Below are positions 47,729 to 59,400 of a DNA stretch of 64,000 nucleotides, piece by piece. Below the pieces are notes generated by a model. That model was not told where the DNA came from. It searched no databases and saw only the letters and a program-made list of their open reading frames with translations. Position 1 is the first letter of the stretch. Each line of letters starts with the position of its first letter. Source of the DNA: Mytilus trossulus (taxonomy: Eukaryota); contig NC_086374.1 in assembly GCF_036588685.1 (NCBI RefSeq), positions 13,454,001 to 13,518,000 on the forward strand, in the 5' to 3' direction. The position numbers and the translations under genes were made by a program.

Positions 47729-49046
47729 ATAGGGGGAAAAGTGCCTGTGGATAGATAGTCGAATAAATATTGGGGAAAAGATTTATTAAGCGTTTGATAG
47801 AAAATTGTTAGTAATCTTTCTGCTAAATTAACCAAGCCCATTTCAAAATATAAGGATTATAAATTTGTAATTTTGTATTTGCCCTAGCTGTTATTATCTT
47901 GCAGGTTCTAGATGTATTTTTTATAAGACTCATATTCAAAATTTTAAGAAATCCAAATATTCCTAAAGTTATTTTGTGAAGTGACATAGATATTTAACAT
48001 GCCTTTTTTGTAAAGTGTAAATTTAAGTTGTCTCCGTATTTTGTTGTCTGCTCTTTTGTCGGGTTGTTCTCTCTTTGACCTTTTCTTGCATGCATGACTT
48101 GATGACGAAACCAATATTATGTGAGTTATTTCATTATTTTGTGAATAGTATTTAAGAGACGTTCATATTCTGAATATTTTTTTCTGCAACCACAAAACCA
48201 TTTAACACACTTAAATCAAAGATCAGAAAATGGAAATCCCAACCATAATTCATAAACAAATTCACACTCAAAATAGCTCTATAACTTCTCAATGTACTAC
48301 CTAATTATGTTATCGTCTTAGACAATTTCGTCATGCTAGCTTTAGAATGGACTCGTGTTCATTGAATTCTCGCCTATTCCCTTCGTTATTCATTAACAGA
48401 GAGGCGAACGACACAAAAGAGATATACTTATAAGTAAACAAATAATTTGACAACGTCATGGTTGAAAAAAGACAAAAAGACATTTACAACAAAATAAAAA
48501 AACAAAAATCGAAAACTAAAGACAGGTACTCGGGAAGGGGTAGGCAGATCCTGCTCTACATGTGGCACCCGTCGTGTTAAATTCCTTCGTTATCTATTTG
48601 GTTCAAGTGTATACCTTTGTTATGTTTTGATTTGTTTGTTTAGTACTAGTAATTCATTTTGGTATCCAAGGGTCCTTGAAATGAAATGTACCCAAAAAGA
48701 TATATCCTAATAATTTTACAAATAATTTATTAATGCATGGTTGACTGTTCCATTGCAGTATACAATTATTTTTCATGTCTTATAAACTGTTACATTTGTT
48801 TTGTTTTTTTGTTGTTGTTTTTTTAGTTTGTTTTTGTTGTTGTGTTGTCACAGTTATGTTGATCTTATCTTGTTTTTCCCTGTATGTGCATAATTATGTT
48901 AGCGTTTGTAGATACAAAAATATACCAACTCATCCGAAATTCGAATTGATATGGGCTAAAATAGATCAGAATAGTTTATTTTAAAACGAACCATATCCTT
49001 ATTTATATGGGTTAGATTTGTAGATGTAAAAACAAACATATCCTTA

Positions 49047-49250
49047 TGGACGACATCAAAAGATCGATGTAGGATAAAAAAAAAACGTAAATCAAATAGT
49101 TTGGGATGGGGGGGGGGGGTAAATTTTATATATGTGCCTATTGGTCAATCAATTTTCCCCAAATTAAGTTAATCGAGGGGGTAGGGGGTCAGTGAAAAAA
49201 CTGTGATTGAGTTTTTTTTTTATCCTGCATTGAACTTTTGATGTCTTCCC
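49047..49250. mobile_element. TTA-flanked MITE inserted in a degenerate ~48-bp minisatellite (~48900-49340)
   Basis: TIRs gacatcaaaagatcgatgtaggataaaaaaa / ttttttatcctgcattgaacttttgatgtc. The host unit catatccttatttatatgggttaga is split at TTA. Confidence 0.7.
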
Positions 49251-49959
49251 TTATTTATATGGGTTAGAATAGTATATCTAAAAACCAAACATATCCGAAT
49301 TGATCTGGATAAGAATCGTAGATGTAAAAACAAAACATATTGCACCTTGGTGACCGTCTTTCCAGACAGTGTGCACAGCCTGGGGACTTCCTCGCTGTAG
49401 TTATTAATATATTATCAACTGTACATGACAACTAATCATTTAAGGTCGGTTATTTATGATTATTCTCTTGGATGTATTATGTTTTATCACTTCGTTAACA
49501 GTTGAAAACATTCTTTGATCTTTTGGGGTATGTTAGCACTATGTGCATGCAATCCTATTGATTAAAGGGTATTTTACATCGAGTTAGTTTGTGTTATAAT
49601 TACTTTCTAAGTCCAGATAAAAACTGATAAGAAAAGACACAGCTATAAAGGATGATAGTTATGATGATGATAAATATAAAAGATAATTGAAGCTTTTATA
49701 TCTAACTCTTATATATTAAAAAAACACAAATAGGTAGTACTTGGGGACAGACTTATTTTATGAGTCCTGCTCCTTTTTTCCAAAGTGAGTTATTTTTTGT
49801 TTTGTTTAATACAAACATAAATATACTACATATAACTTGTATTTACCATTAACTATCAGATCCAAGCGGTCACTGATCATACATCATATATAGAAATTCC
49901 TGTAAGTTCCCGATTCTTTATTAGCAATTATTGCTCGTTTTCTTCTGATACAGATTTTT

Positions 49960-50550
49960 GTGAAATTAAATCCCAGCGTTTTGGTTCGATCAGTAAAAAT
50001 CCTTGTTGCTTCGATCAGTAAAAATACTTGTTGCTTTTCAAATTGTTGCATTTAACAATGTGTACGCGTACCGGCCAATGTTTCCATTACTTTGCACACC
50101 ACTGAAGTTGGGCCAGCAAGACATGTTTGACCTTTTTAAAAATCAGTAGCGCTAATCTGTGCTACTTTCCAACTACATGGATTGGTTGTAAATTAGGCAT
50201 AACTGTGCTGATATGGTTTAAGAATATTAATTCCGGGGTTTATCCTATCTGGTCCCGGAGATTTATCCACCTTCAGATTCCCTTTACATCAATTTGTAGC
50301 ATTTTGTTTTTATATTCTCTTATTGGTAAGGTGGGAACTTCTTCTTTTGGTTCTTTTGCAGATACACTGTTAAAAGAACGTTGCTAATTTCAGTCTTTTC
50401 TTTGTCATAAGTCTTTCTAAGACTAGGTTTCAATGTTTGGATCGGCTAACAGTTCAAGTATCCCTGATCTTGGTTAAGACTTCGAGTCAATGTATTTCCA
50501 GATTGCTTTTGGATTTTTCTTAGTCATTTGTTGAAAGTTTCTTTTCATGT
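49960..50550 (-). pseudogene. Decayed CR1-like LINE ORF2 fragment
   Basis: Minus-strand remnants NPKAIWKYI, LKVDKSPGPD and TSVVCKVME, interrupted by frameshifts and stops. Confidence 0.6.
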
Positions 50551-50780
50551 TCCCTTTTCAGTGTATTTAAAGTTTCATCGTCTCTACTTGATAAAGTACT
50601 TGAGTGCATTTCAATCTTATACTAGAATCTTAAATTGTTATTGATTACATACAGAAAAAGTTTTTTCCTTATTGATTTTTTGTTTTTTGTATCTATAGTC
50701 TAAATTAAGGTTTCTTTCCAGCTATAAAAATCACTCTTTCTTTTAGTTGAAGATTTTATTTTCTCTAAAAGGATGTAAAT

Positions 50781-51208
50781 AAAATTGAGAATGGAAATGG
50801 GGAATGTGTCAAAGAGACAACAACCCGACCAAAGAAAAAAACAACAACAGCAGAAGGTCTTCAATGTAGCGACAAATCCCCGCATCCGGAGGCGCCCTTC
50901 AGCTGGCCCTTTAACAAATATATACTAGTTCAGTGATAATGAACGCCATACTAATTTCCAAATTGTACACAAGAAACTAAAATTAAAATAATACAAGACT
51001 AGCAAAGGCCAGAGGCTCCTGACTTGGGACAGGCGCAAAAATGCGGCGGGGTTAAACATGTTTGTGAGATCTCAACCCTCCCCCTATACCTCTAGCCAAT
51101 GTAGAAAAGTAAACGCATAACAATACGCACATTAGAATTCAGTTCAAGAGAAGTCCGAGTCTGATGTCAGAAGATGTAACCAAAGAAAATAAACAAAATG
51201 ACAATAAT
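50781..51208 (-). repeat. SINE-like repeat, subfamily with an aattgagaatggaaatggggaatgtgtcaaagagacaac end
   Basis: Shares ggctcctgacttgggacagg...ggcggggttaaacatg...caaccctcccc with 42936-43015. Its end recurs inverted at ~55593-55690 and ~48030-48080. Confidence 0.7.
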
Positions 51209-51329
51209 AAAGCATATCAATCTCTTATATGGAATATCACCAAAAATTATTCCACTATGTTCAAACTGTAGTTACAAACCAACTGATCTTTTAAATTTGT
51301 CATTGTCTACCTCAGTCTTTTCAGACTCA

Positions 51330-52560
51330 CTTAAAATTACCCAGGTGGCACCGATTCATTAAAAAAACAGTACATATACTCGAAAAGGGTAATTACAGAT
51401 CAGTGAGTGTGCTTCCTTCAATAACCTTTAGAAATATTAAAGACAGTCATCGAGACGCAACATTCGGAACATTTCAAAAATACTTTTTGATTCATTTCTT
51501 GCAGCATTTAGAGCAGGTTTTGACTGACCGACTTTTCTAAGGATTATACAATGACAAATGCCTAGCAGCAATTTTAATGGACCTTTGAAAAGCTTTTGAC
51601 TGTTTACCTCATGGCTGGTTACTTATGAAGTTGAAACACTATGGTCGAAGTGAATCTGCTCGCAATTTACTAGATTTTCACAACCAATACAATATGCTTT
51701 ATTTCAAAAACACTCAGTCACATTGACATGTGAAACAAGAGGTAAATTACAAAATACAATCACATAAAATTAAAGAAATAAATAAAACAACTTAGGAATG
51801 AAATATTTAGAAAATTACCTTACTTTATATTATAATATTTATTATAATATTTTTGTTAACTTTGAAATGAATAAAGACTCATTTTTAGATAGTTATATAC
51901 CTGACTCGTAGAAAACAATGTGTCAAAATTGGTAAAAGTATTTGTCAAATGCTTAACATATATAAAGGTGTACCGACACAGTGCTCTATACTAGTCCCAG
52001 TTTTATCTAATACTTATATAAACGATAGGTTTTCTCTTTGTTAAAAAACTGTGACTTGTATAATTATGCAGGTGACAACACCCTTATTAAGCTGATTCTT
52101 CTTTGACGTTGGTTATCAAATCATAGGAGGAAGACAGTGGTTCACTAATTTCATGGTTCTCACAAAATGAAATGCGGGCTAATCCAGAAAAATTTTAAGC
52201 CATAGCGATCGGTAGTCAAACACATAAAGACAAAATAGTATTCAACAACATCAAATACGATAATGAAGTCAAACTACTTGGAGTTACCATTGATTTTAAG
52301 ATCGAATCTAACTAACACATTTACTTAGTATATAACATCTGCAAAAACTGAGCAAGTTCTTATCTGAAAAGAATTGGATCACACTTGAACAAACTGGCAA
52401 AAATGACAATTTACCATTCTTTCATCATGTCAAACCTCAGTTACTGGCCGCTCACATGGCATTTTTGAAGCGAGCGTAACACAAACAAAATTAAAAAACT
52501 GCAAGAACGAGCGCTCCGATTCATTTACAATGAATACAATAACTCAAATGAACAATCTTA
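51330..52560 (+). pseudogene. Decayed LINE reverse transcriptase (L2/Crack/CR1 group)
   Basis: Ordered remnants QVAPIH, GNYRSVSVLP, AAILMDL*KAFDCLPH, KGVP, YNYAGDNTL, NPEK, KLLGVTID, LTWHF and LQERALRFIY, with many stops and frameshifts. An AT-rich insertion lies at ~51675-51885. Confidence 0.85.
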
Positions 52561-53310
52561 ACTACCAGCACTTAACTTGGATTGGGGTTCTTAATACAGA
52601 TTACAATGTTTTCTTTATTTGTAAATACATGTATGAATATAATACAATTTTCTAACAAAAACATATATTGTACGTCTTTTGATGGAACTCGAATTTCGTA
52701 ATAGGCACGGTTGGATCAAGTAAGGATATTCCGAGTACACGTCCAGTTTCGTCAAATTAACCGAAGATTAGTGCACATTTTTTTGCTTAAAATTTGATGA
52801 AATAGCAAGGTTTTTTGGAGGCCTATTTATAAAACTATAAGTATCATTGGTATCTGATATAAGTAGTCATATTTCTGTAACACACGACTAACACCCATCA
52901 ACTGTATTCAATATATTGTAATATGAAACTACAGGAAATGTTTTACTTATACGATCTTTTAATTTACCTGATCATGTTATGGCTCATGGCTGCGCTGGAT
53001 GCTATTGTTTCTTATCTTCGATTTTATCAAGGATTTGTATAAAGACGTCTAATAAAATTGAAAACAAAAATGTATTTCTTGATATAAAAAAAAATCTAAC
53101 ATCAATCAAATTTCTAATATCAGTTTATACGTTTGTTAAATATATATTATTTTTTTTATATCAGAAAATCATATTTGATTTTAAATTGACCGAAGATTAG
53201 TGCACATTTTATTGCTTAAAATTTGATCAAATAGCAGGGGTTTCAACTTTTTGAAGGCCTATTTATTCAAAACTCAAAATAAGGAACAAGTAATAAACGG
53301 CGCCTCAAAC

Positions 53311-53382
53311 GGGTCGGGCGTACAGGTTATAGTATAACCCTAAATCCATTTCCTTTTTGTGACGTCACTCTACTGACCTTGG
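53311..53382 (+). promoter_or_regulatory. Citrate synthase proximal promoter motifs (GC-box-like, CRE, nuclear-receptor extended half-site)
   Basis: gggtcgggcg at 53311-53320, TGACGTCA at 53360-53367 and TGACCTTG at 53374-53381, all within 125 bp of the ATG. Confidence 0.45.
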
Positions 53383-53434
53383 TTGCCGGTGTGCTTACAA
53401 CTTTCTTTTTGACGAGAAGACACTTATATTCACT

Positions 53435-56400
53435 ATGTCTATAATAAGAACTGTAGCCTCATCAGCTTTACAACAAAGCAAGGTATGAGGTTATCACGTT
53501 ATATCAAAATAAGAGGAGAAATTACACTCGGAGGCATGTCATCAAGACAGCGTAGTTAATTAAAATTAAATTATGACCTCCCATAATTTTGCCTATCGTG
53601 TTCCGATTACGAAATCGTCTGAGTGATTTTTTTTCTTGAATATTCAATCACAGTAGCATGCTACTAAACTTTAAAAGACAGAGTATAAAACAGTTTTAAG
53701 ACTTGTTTCTCAAAAGGGTTAAATCAATTGATATTTATGACATGTCCTTTTCAATAGGCCATAATTTGCATAAAGAGTTTGAATCGTTTTGCAATGAATT
53801 CTAGTCAAATCGGCACCTGGTCAATTGGGCACCCGTTATAGTCTAATTGGCACCTGGTCAAATCGGCACCCAATGGTAGTCATTTCAGCACCCTAGTCCA
53901 AATAATTATGACGTCTTGAAAGGCTATTATGATTTTTTTCTTTGACGCCTTACGTCGAAGTAAGGCGTCAAGCCTTTCAAGACGTCATAATCATTTGGAC
54001 TATTCAGCACCCATGTTACACCGGTTGGGTTCAACCCACCAAATGGGGAACTGGTTTCCAAATTAGTAACAATCCCTCATTTAAGTACAGTGAAGTCCCC
54101 TGTGACTTTGCGGCCTGTGATATCATGCATTAGCTGTTTTCGTCATATCAACACAGTAACACAAATAAAATCCATCTTGTTATTGTTTTAGCCTTCCGAA
54201 GGGATAAAAAGGATTAAAATTGATAAGTTCAAGAGTTAATTAATAACTGCAATCCAGTGATTTATCATATTTGGCCAATATTTCCATTAAAACAAATTAC
54301 ATCATCAGATAGAATTTGTTTTATTTAAGTCAGATTTATATCAGATTGAAATAATTTTTGCTCTGTATCCTTGGCAGTGTCCTTGGTTCTAATTCAGCTA
54401 TATTTTGTAGTCAAAATATTTCCATTATTCAAAATAAGCTTTTTTTGGAAGGCATGCATGAAACTTACGGGATATTGAGGGAACTCTCAGAATAGGGTTT
54501 TGAACACACATTACACAAATCTAGAGGATGAAACCATACAAACAGAAGATTTTATGAAATAAAAGTATGTTATGAATGTCTTCACACAAAGTTATCCAAT
54601 TATTGGTTTTATCAGTTGAATGAAGTGAAGTCTTAAGTCTTGGGTGTGCGGATACACTGGACTGCACCGTTATCATTTGATAGTGCTAAAAAACAAAAAT
54701 TTCTAAAAATGGCTAATGGGTCTTTTAAGTTAAAATGGCACAAATTTATAGAAAATGAAACAACTTTTTCCAAAGAACTATATTTTTATTATGGGTTTTT
54801 AAAAAAAGTTACAAGCCTTGAAAATAGTCAAATTTTCTAAGTTTTCATCATGTTCATAGGCCTGTATCTTCTCAGTAAATCAAGATAAGGATAGTCATCT
54901 TTTGGAAACTTTGCTGCATTTCTCATGAATATGTGCCATTTTAATAATAAAAAAAACACTCCGGTAGGAAAATTTTGTTATTCAGCACTATCAAATGATT
55001 ACTCAAATGAGGGATTGTTACTCATTTGGGGAACAGTTCCCCATTTGGTTGGTTGTGCCCAACCTGTTAAATATGTTTAATTATATGTTTTCAATGTTTT
55101 AAAATCATAATAAAAAAATGTTATGACCAGAAATATTTACTTTCTGTGGTTTCTCAAAGATGTTTGTTAGTTATAAAATTTGGAATTGATTTTATCTATA
55201 TAAAAAAAAGATGTCATATGATTGCAAATGAGACAACTCTTTACAAATAAGGGACCAAATGACACCGATATTTTAAACAACTATAGGTCACGGACACTGC
55301 TGTTTGCATGCTCCAATATTGAATTGTAGGGAAGACTTTAAAAGTTGGAGAAAAGGTTTTATCATCTTCATTCTTGCCATATTTTTGAAATGTTCTTATT
55401 TTCCATTTATGTTTAAACACCAACAACGTGTTAAGTATTAACATCGAAATTTGTATATTTTCTTTTGCATATTTCTGTTTGTTACCGTTTGTTTTAAGCT
55501 AGTCCAAAAGTATTTTTTTTCAATCAAAAGCAGATCTGGAGTAAAACATTGAATATCGATGAAGCATTCTGGTTTCACATAATGTTTTTCTCGTTACATT
55601 GAAGACCTGTTGGTGACCTTCCGCTGTTGTTTTTTCTATGGTTGGTTTGTTGTCTCTTTGATACATTCCCCATTTCCATTCTCAATTTTACATAGATATG
55701 TGTGTTTATTTTTATCAGTATTATGTAAAACTTAAGCATATCTGTATTGCATGAAAATTGAATCTGATTACAAAATAAGGATTTAAAAATATATACCAGA
55801 CTAAGATATATAATGCCTGATCCAGCAACTGTTCCTTTTTCATACATGTGTGGTGTAATTTGTTTTAAGAATGAAATATTTGTCACAAGACCTTAAACAG
55901 ACACACTCTAAAAAAATAAAAAAGCAAAATAATTTGAAAAAAGGTGCAAATACATGTTTTGTCAAATGTAAAAAATCATTTTGTTATTTTGGGTGTTTAA
56001 ATAAAGATTTTCTATTTTACTAGGTGCTGTTTCCAGCTGCCTCAATAGGTGCACGAAATTCATCTTCCAGCACAGTAAGTAACTTTTATTTTTCGTGAGT
56101 GACAACTGTCTATAAACAGAATTTTATAAAGAAGGGTAACTTTTTATTTACGAAAAAGGCTGTGGAAGCATAAATTGAAAGTGAAAAATACAAAAATGGT
56201 TTAGGGCAGAATAATGATTTGTGTACCCAGTATTCCAGCTAGGATTCAAAAAGGGCATGGAGCAAATCATGAAAAGGACACTTAAGCATGATGAATGATA
56301 ATTCAAAAAGGGCATGTCAGACATTGTCTTTTATTATGTAAACACCGTAATGTAGAAACTGAAAACAGCAAAATTTGACCGGTGCATTTGATGGGCTTAA

Positions 56401-59400
56401 AGCTGGTGTCTGTGTAGAATATATGAATTGGTTTCTAAGCAGTTTACAAAATGAAAAGAATAAAACCCTGAGAAATTATAATAGCTTTTTTTATCGGTTG
56501 AAATTTGTTATAGTTTATTTCAAACTTGACTAGAAATCACAAGGTAATTTATTGTAACACTCCATTGGATAGAAACCAGATAAATATTTTAGGCTCCATG
56601 AAGCATTGATAACTAGTCAAATGGGGGGAGAGGAATGCTTTTTATTTAAAACATTTTTTTCTTTTTCTTAAAAATGTCTCTTTTCTTCAATTATTCCTTT
56701 TATAAACTTTAATTTGCGAGGAGCCATTAATATTATGAATGAACCTTTACATGATCAATAAGTGAGGAACTAAAATGCAATCATTGTTATGAATTAAAAC
56801 TTATAAATGTACCTAGAAGTTGAATTATTATGATTTTAAACACCTTAGTTTTTAGCATGTTCAGGCTTGAATGATTATGCTGATCAGCCAAGTGAGAATG
56901 TTTTTTAAATAGACACATCAAGGATGAATTAAAATCTGTTGTTGTAAGAATTATTATATTGATATGAAAATATATTATCTGCTATCCTGTTTTAATTGAA
57001 ACAATTTTTTCAGCATTTAATCAGAAAATATTTTAATATACAATATTGTGTTAAAATGCAAAGGGATAAGATTACATAGCTATTTTCTTGAAGTTTAATT
57101 TTACTTAATATTTCTGTGCGATTATTTTCCTTTAAAGCTACACTAAGGAGATGGGTTTTCTCAGTTGAATAGAGACTGTGGTGACACCATAAGCCTAAGG
57201 GTATAGCATCAAACAGATTATTTATGGTCTTTTAAACTTAAGGAACCATTTTAGTAATATCTCTTCTCAAGGATATCACTTTTAGAGGATTTATAGCAGA
57301 TAGACTCCCTTTTGAGTTAAGATTCATTGATAACCTTAAGTATCAGAAATACTTCAGCTTTTAAAGGGCGATAAATAGCCAAAACCATCATTTTTAACAC
57401 CTATTCTTCCTAACTAGTGTGAAGAATATCATTGTAGAAGATACAGGTACTAGAACAAGTAGATGCCTACGATGGCAAATATTATGTTGACCCCCTAGTT
57501 ACTTCATTGATTAATTTTACAGAACTTGAAGGATGTATTAGCAGACTTGATACCAGAAAAACAGAAAGAAGTTGTAGCCTTAAGAAAGGAGTATGGAAAC
57601 AAGAAAGTTGGTGAAGTGACACTGGATATGGTAATATAATCATTATGATCAATACATTTCAGGATAATTGTATATTAATGGTGAAAAAAAGGGCAAACAA
57701 AAAAGAAAAATGTGAAGAAAAGTCATTCTTAAAAAAAAGTATTCATTCAACACTATAAACTAATAAGTGATACAGGGAACAGATGCACAACACTGAACAG
57801 CAGTATAAATGTAATCATGTCTGCTTACACAGTCTGCACAGAAAACTTTTTCATCTACTTGTCTGGAAAATAAATATCAAATTTTCTCTATATGACTATA
57901 TAAAATTTTGAAAATTTTCACTAGTCCTAAATCAAAATTTACTAGTCTGGGGCATTGGACTAGTGGCTAACCGTGCAGACTGCTTACATAAATTTAAAGT
58001 CTAAGGGTTGGTAAAACTTACAACAAACATTAAAGTAATGTGTTAGAGTTAGTTAGAAAAAAATACATTTTAATATTACTTAGCATCTGATTGTGTCTGT
58101 CCATTGGTCTGCAAACACATCTTGGGTTGAAGTCATAAAACTTTGCTCAGTGCTTGGAGCACTAAAATTATGCTCGAAACATGATATCCACCATTTTGAT
58201 TGGTTGATTTTGGAGTATGAGTACAAAAAATTGACTTGAAAATTTTATGACCTTAAGGCCAGGGTCACCTTAACAAATATGATTCGACTTGGTTAAAAAT
58301 GATCAAAATTAACTTAAGACTATTTAGAGCTCGGTATAACTATCATTAAGTGTCACGTATCTTATTTTTCATTATACTTGATTTACAAGTTAGAAATGAT
58401 TGTATACATATAAGCAACAAGTGAAATACAGTTGGAAGACTACTAGTAATACTACAATATTTCATTACCTTTTAGTTCTTTACACATTTAATATGCAATA
58501 CCAGAGATGTGCATTCTATTAAATAATGATTTCAGATCTATGGTGGTATGAGAGGAATAAAAGGCTTAGTAACAGAAACTTCAGTCTTAGACCCAGATGA
58601 AGGCATCAGATTTAGAGGGTACAGTATCCCAGAGTGTCAGAAAATATTACCAAGGGGGAATGCAGGAAAGGGAGAGGAACCACTTCCAGAGGGACTCTTC
58701 TGGTTATTATGTACAGGACAAGTGCCATCACAAGAACAAGCAGATGCTATATCTGAGGTAAGTTATAGCAACTCTTCTTATCAACACATACATGTCTGCC
58801 ACGGAAGCAGACAGTCATAGTTTCAACCACTATTGGGCTTAGTTCATCTATCAGTATCATAACACTTTATGTTCAATTTTTTTTTGCCGACAAATGATTT
58901 GTTTGTTTCTGTTCCTCATGAAAGCCACTAAAAATATTCCTGTTTTCATAAGATTTTGATAAGAATTAAGTAATTTTCACTTATTTGTGACAATGATAAG
59001 AACATTGTTTTTTGTTTCTTTGTCTTTTTCTAATCTATTCATTGTGATAAATGATAGGAATATTATTTTTTTATAGTACCTTTTAGTCAATTCTCTCTTT
59101 TTACAGTGTATAAATAAGTTTGTGCACAATGTTTCATTACTTATATATGACCTGTTATCATAGTAGGAATGATTAAAATATACTCATAATCAGTAGAAGA
59201 TTAAGATTGCATTAAAGATTAGAACTGTAATATTTTAATTTATTTTGTAGGAATGGAACAAAAGAGCTGCATTACCAAACCATGTGATAACCATGTTAAA
59301 CAATTTCCCATCAAACCTTCACCCAATGTCTCAGTTTAGTGCAGGAATTACAGCCCTCAACAGTGAAAGTAAATTTGCAAAAGCTTATTCTGATGGCGTT

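Noticed and set aside
827-55886. Most remaining 60-120 aa ORFs in the track
   Set aside because: They are chance ORFs in AT-rich introns or repeats, or shadows of real exons. Only those fitting spliced gene models were kept.
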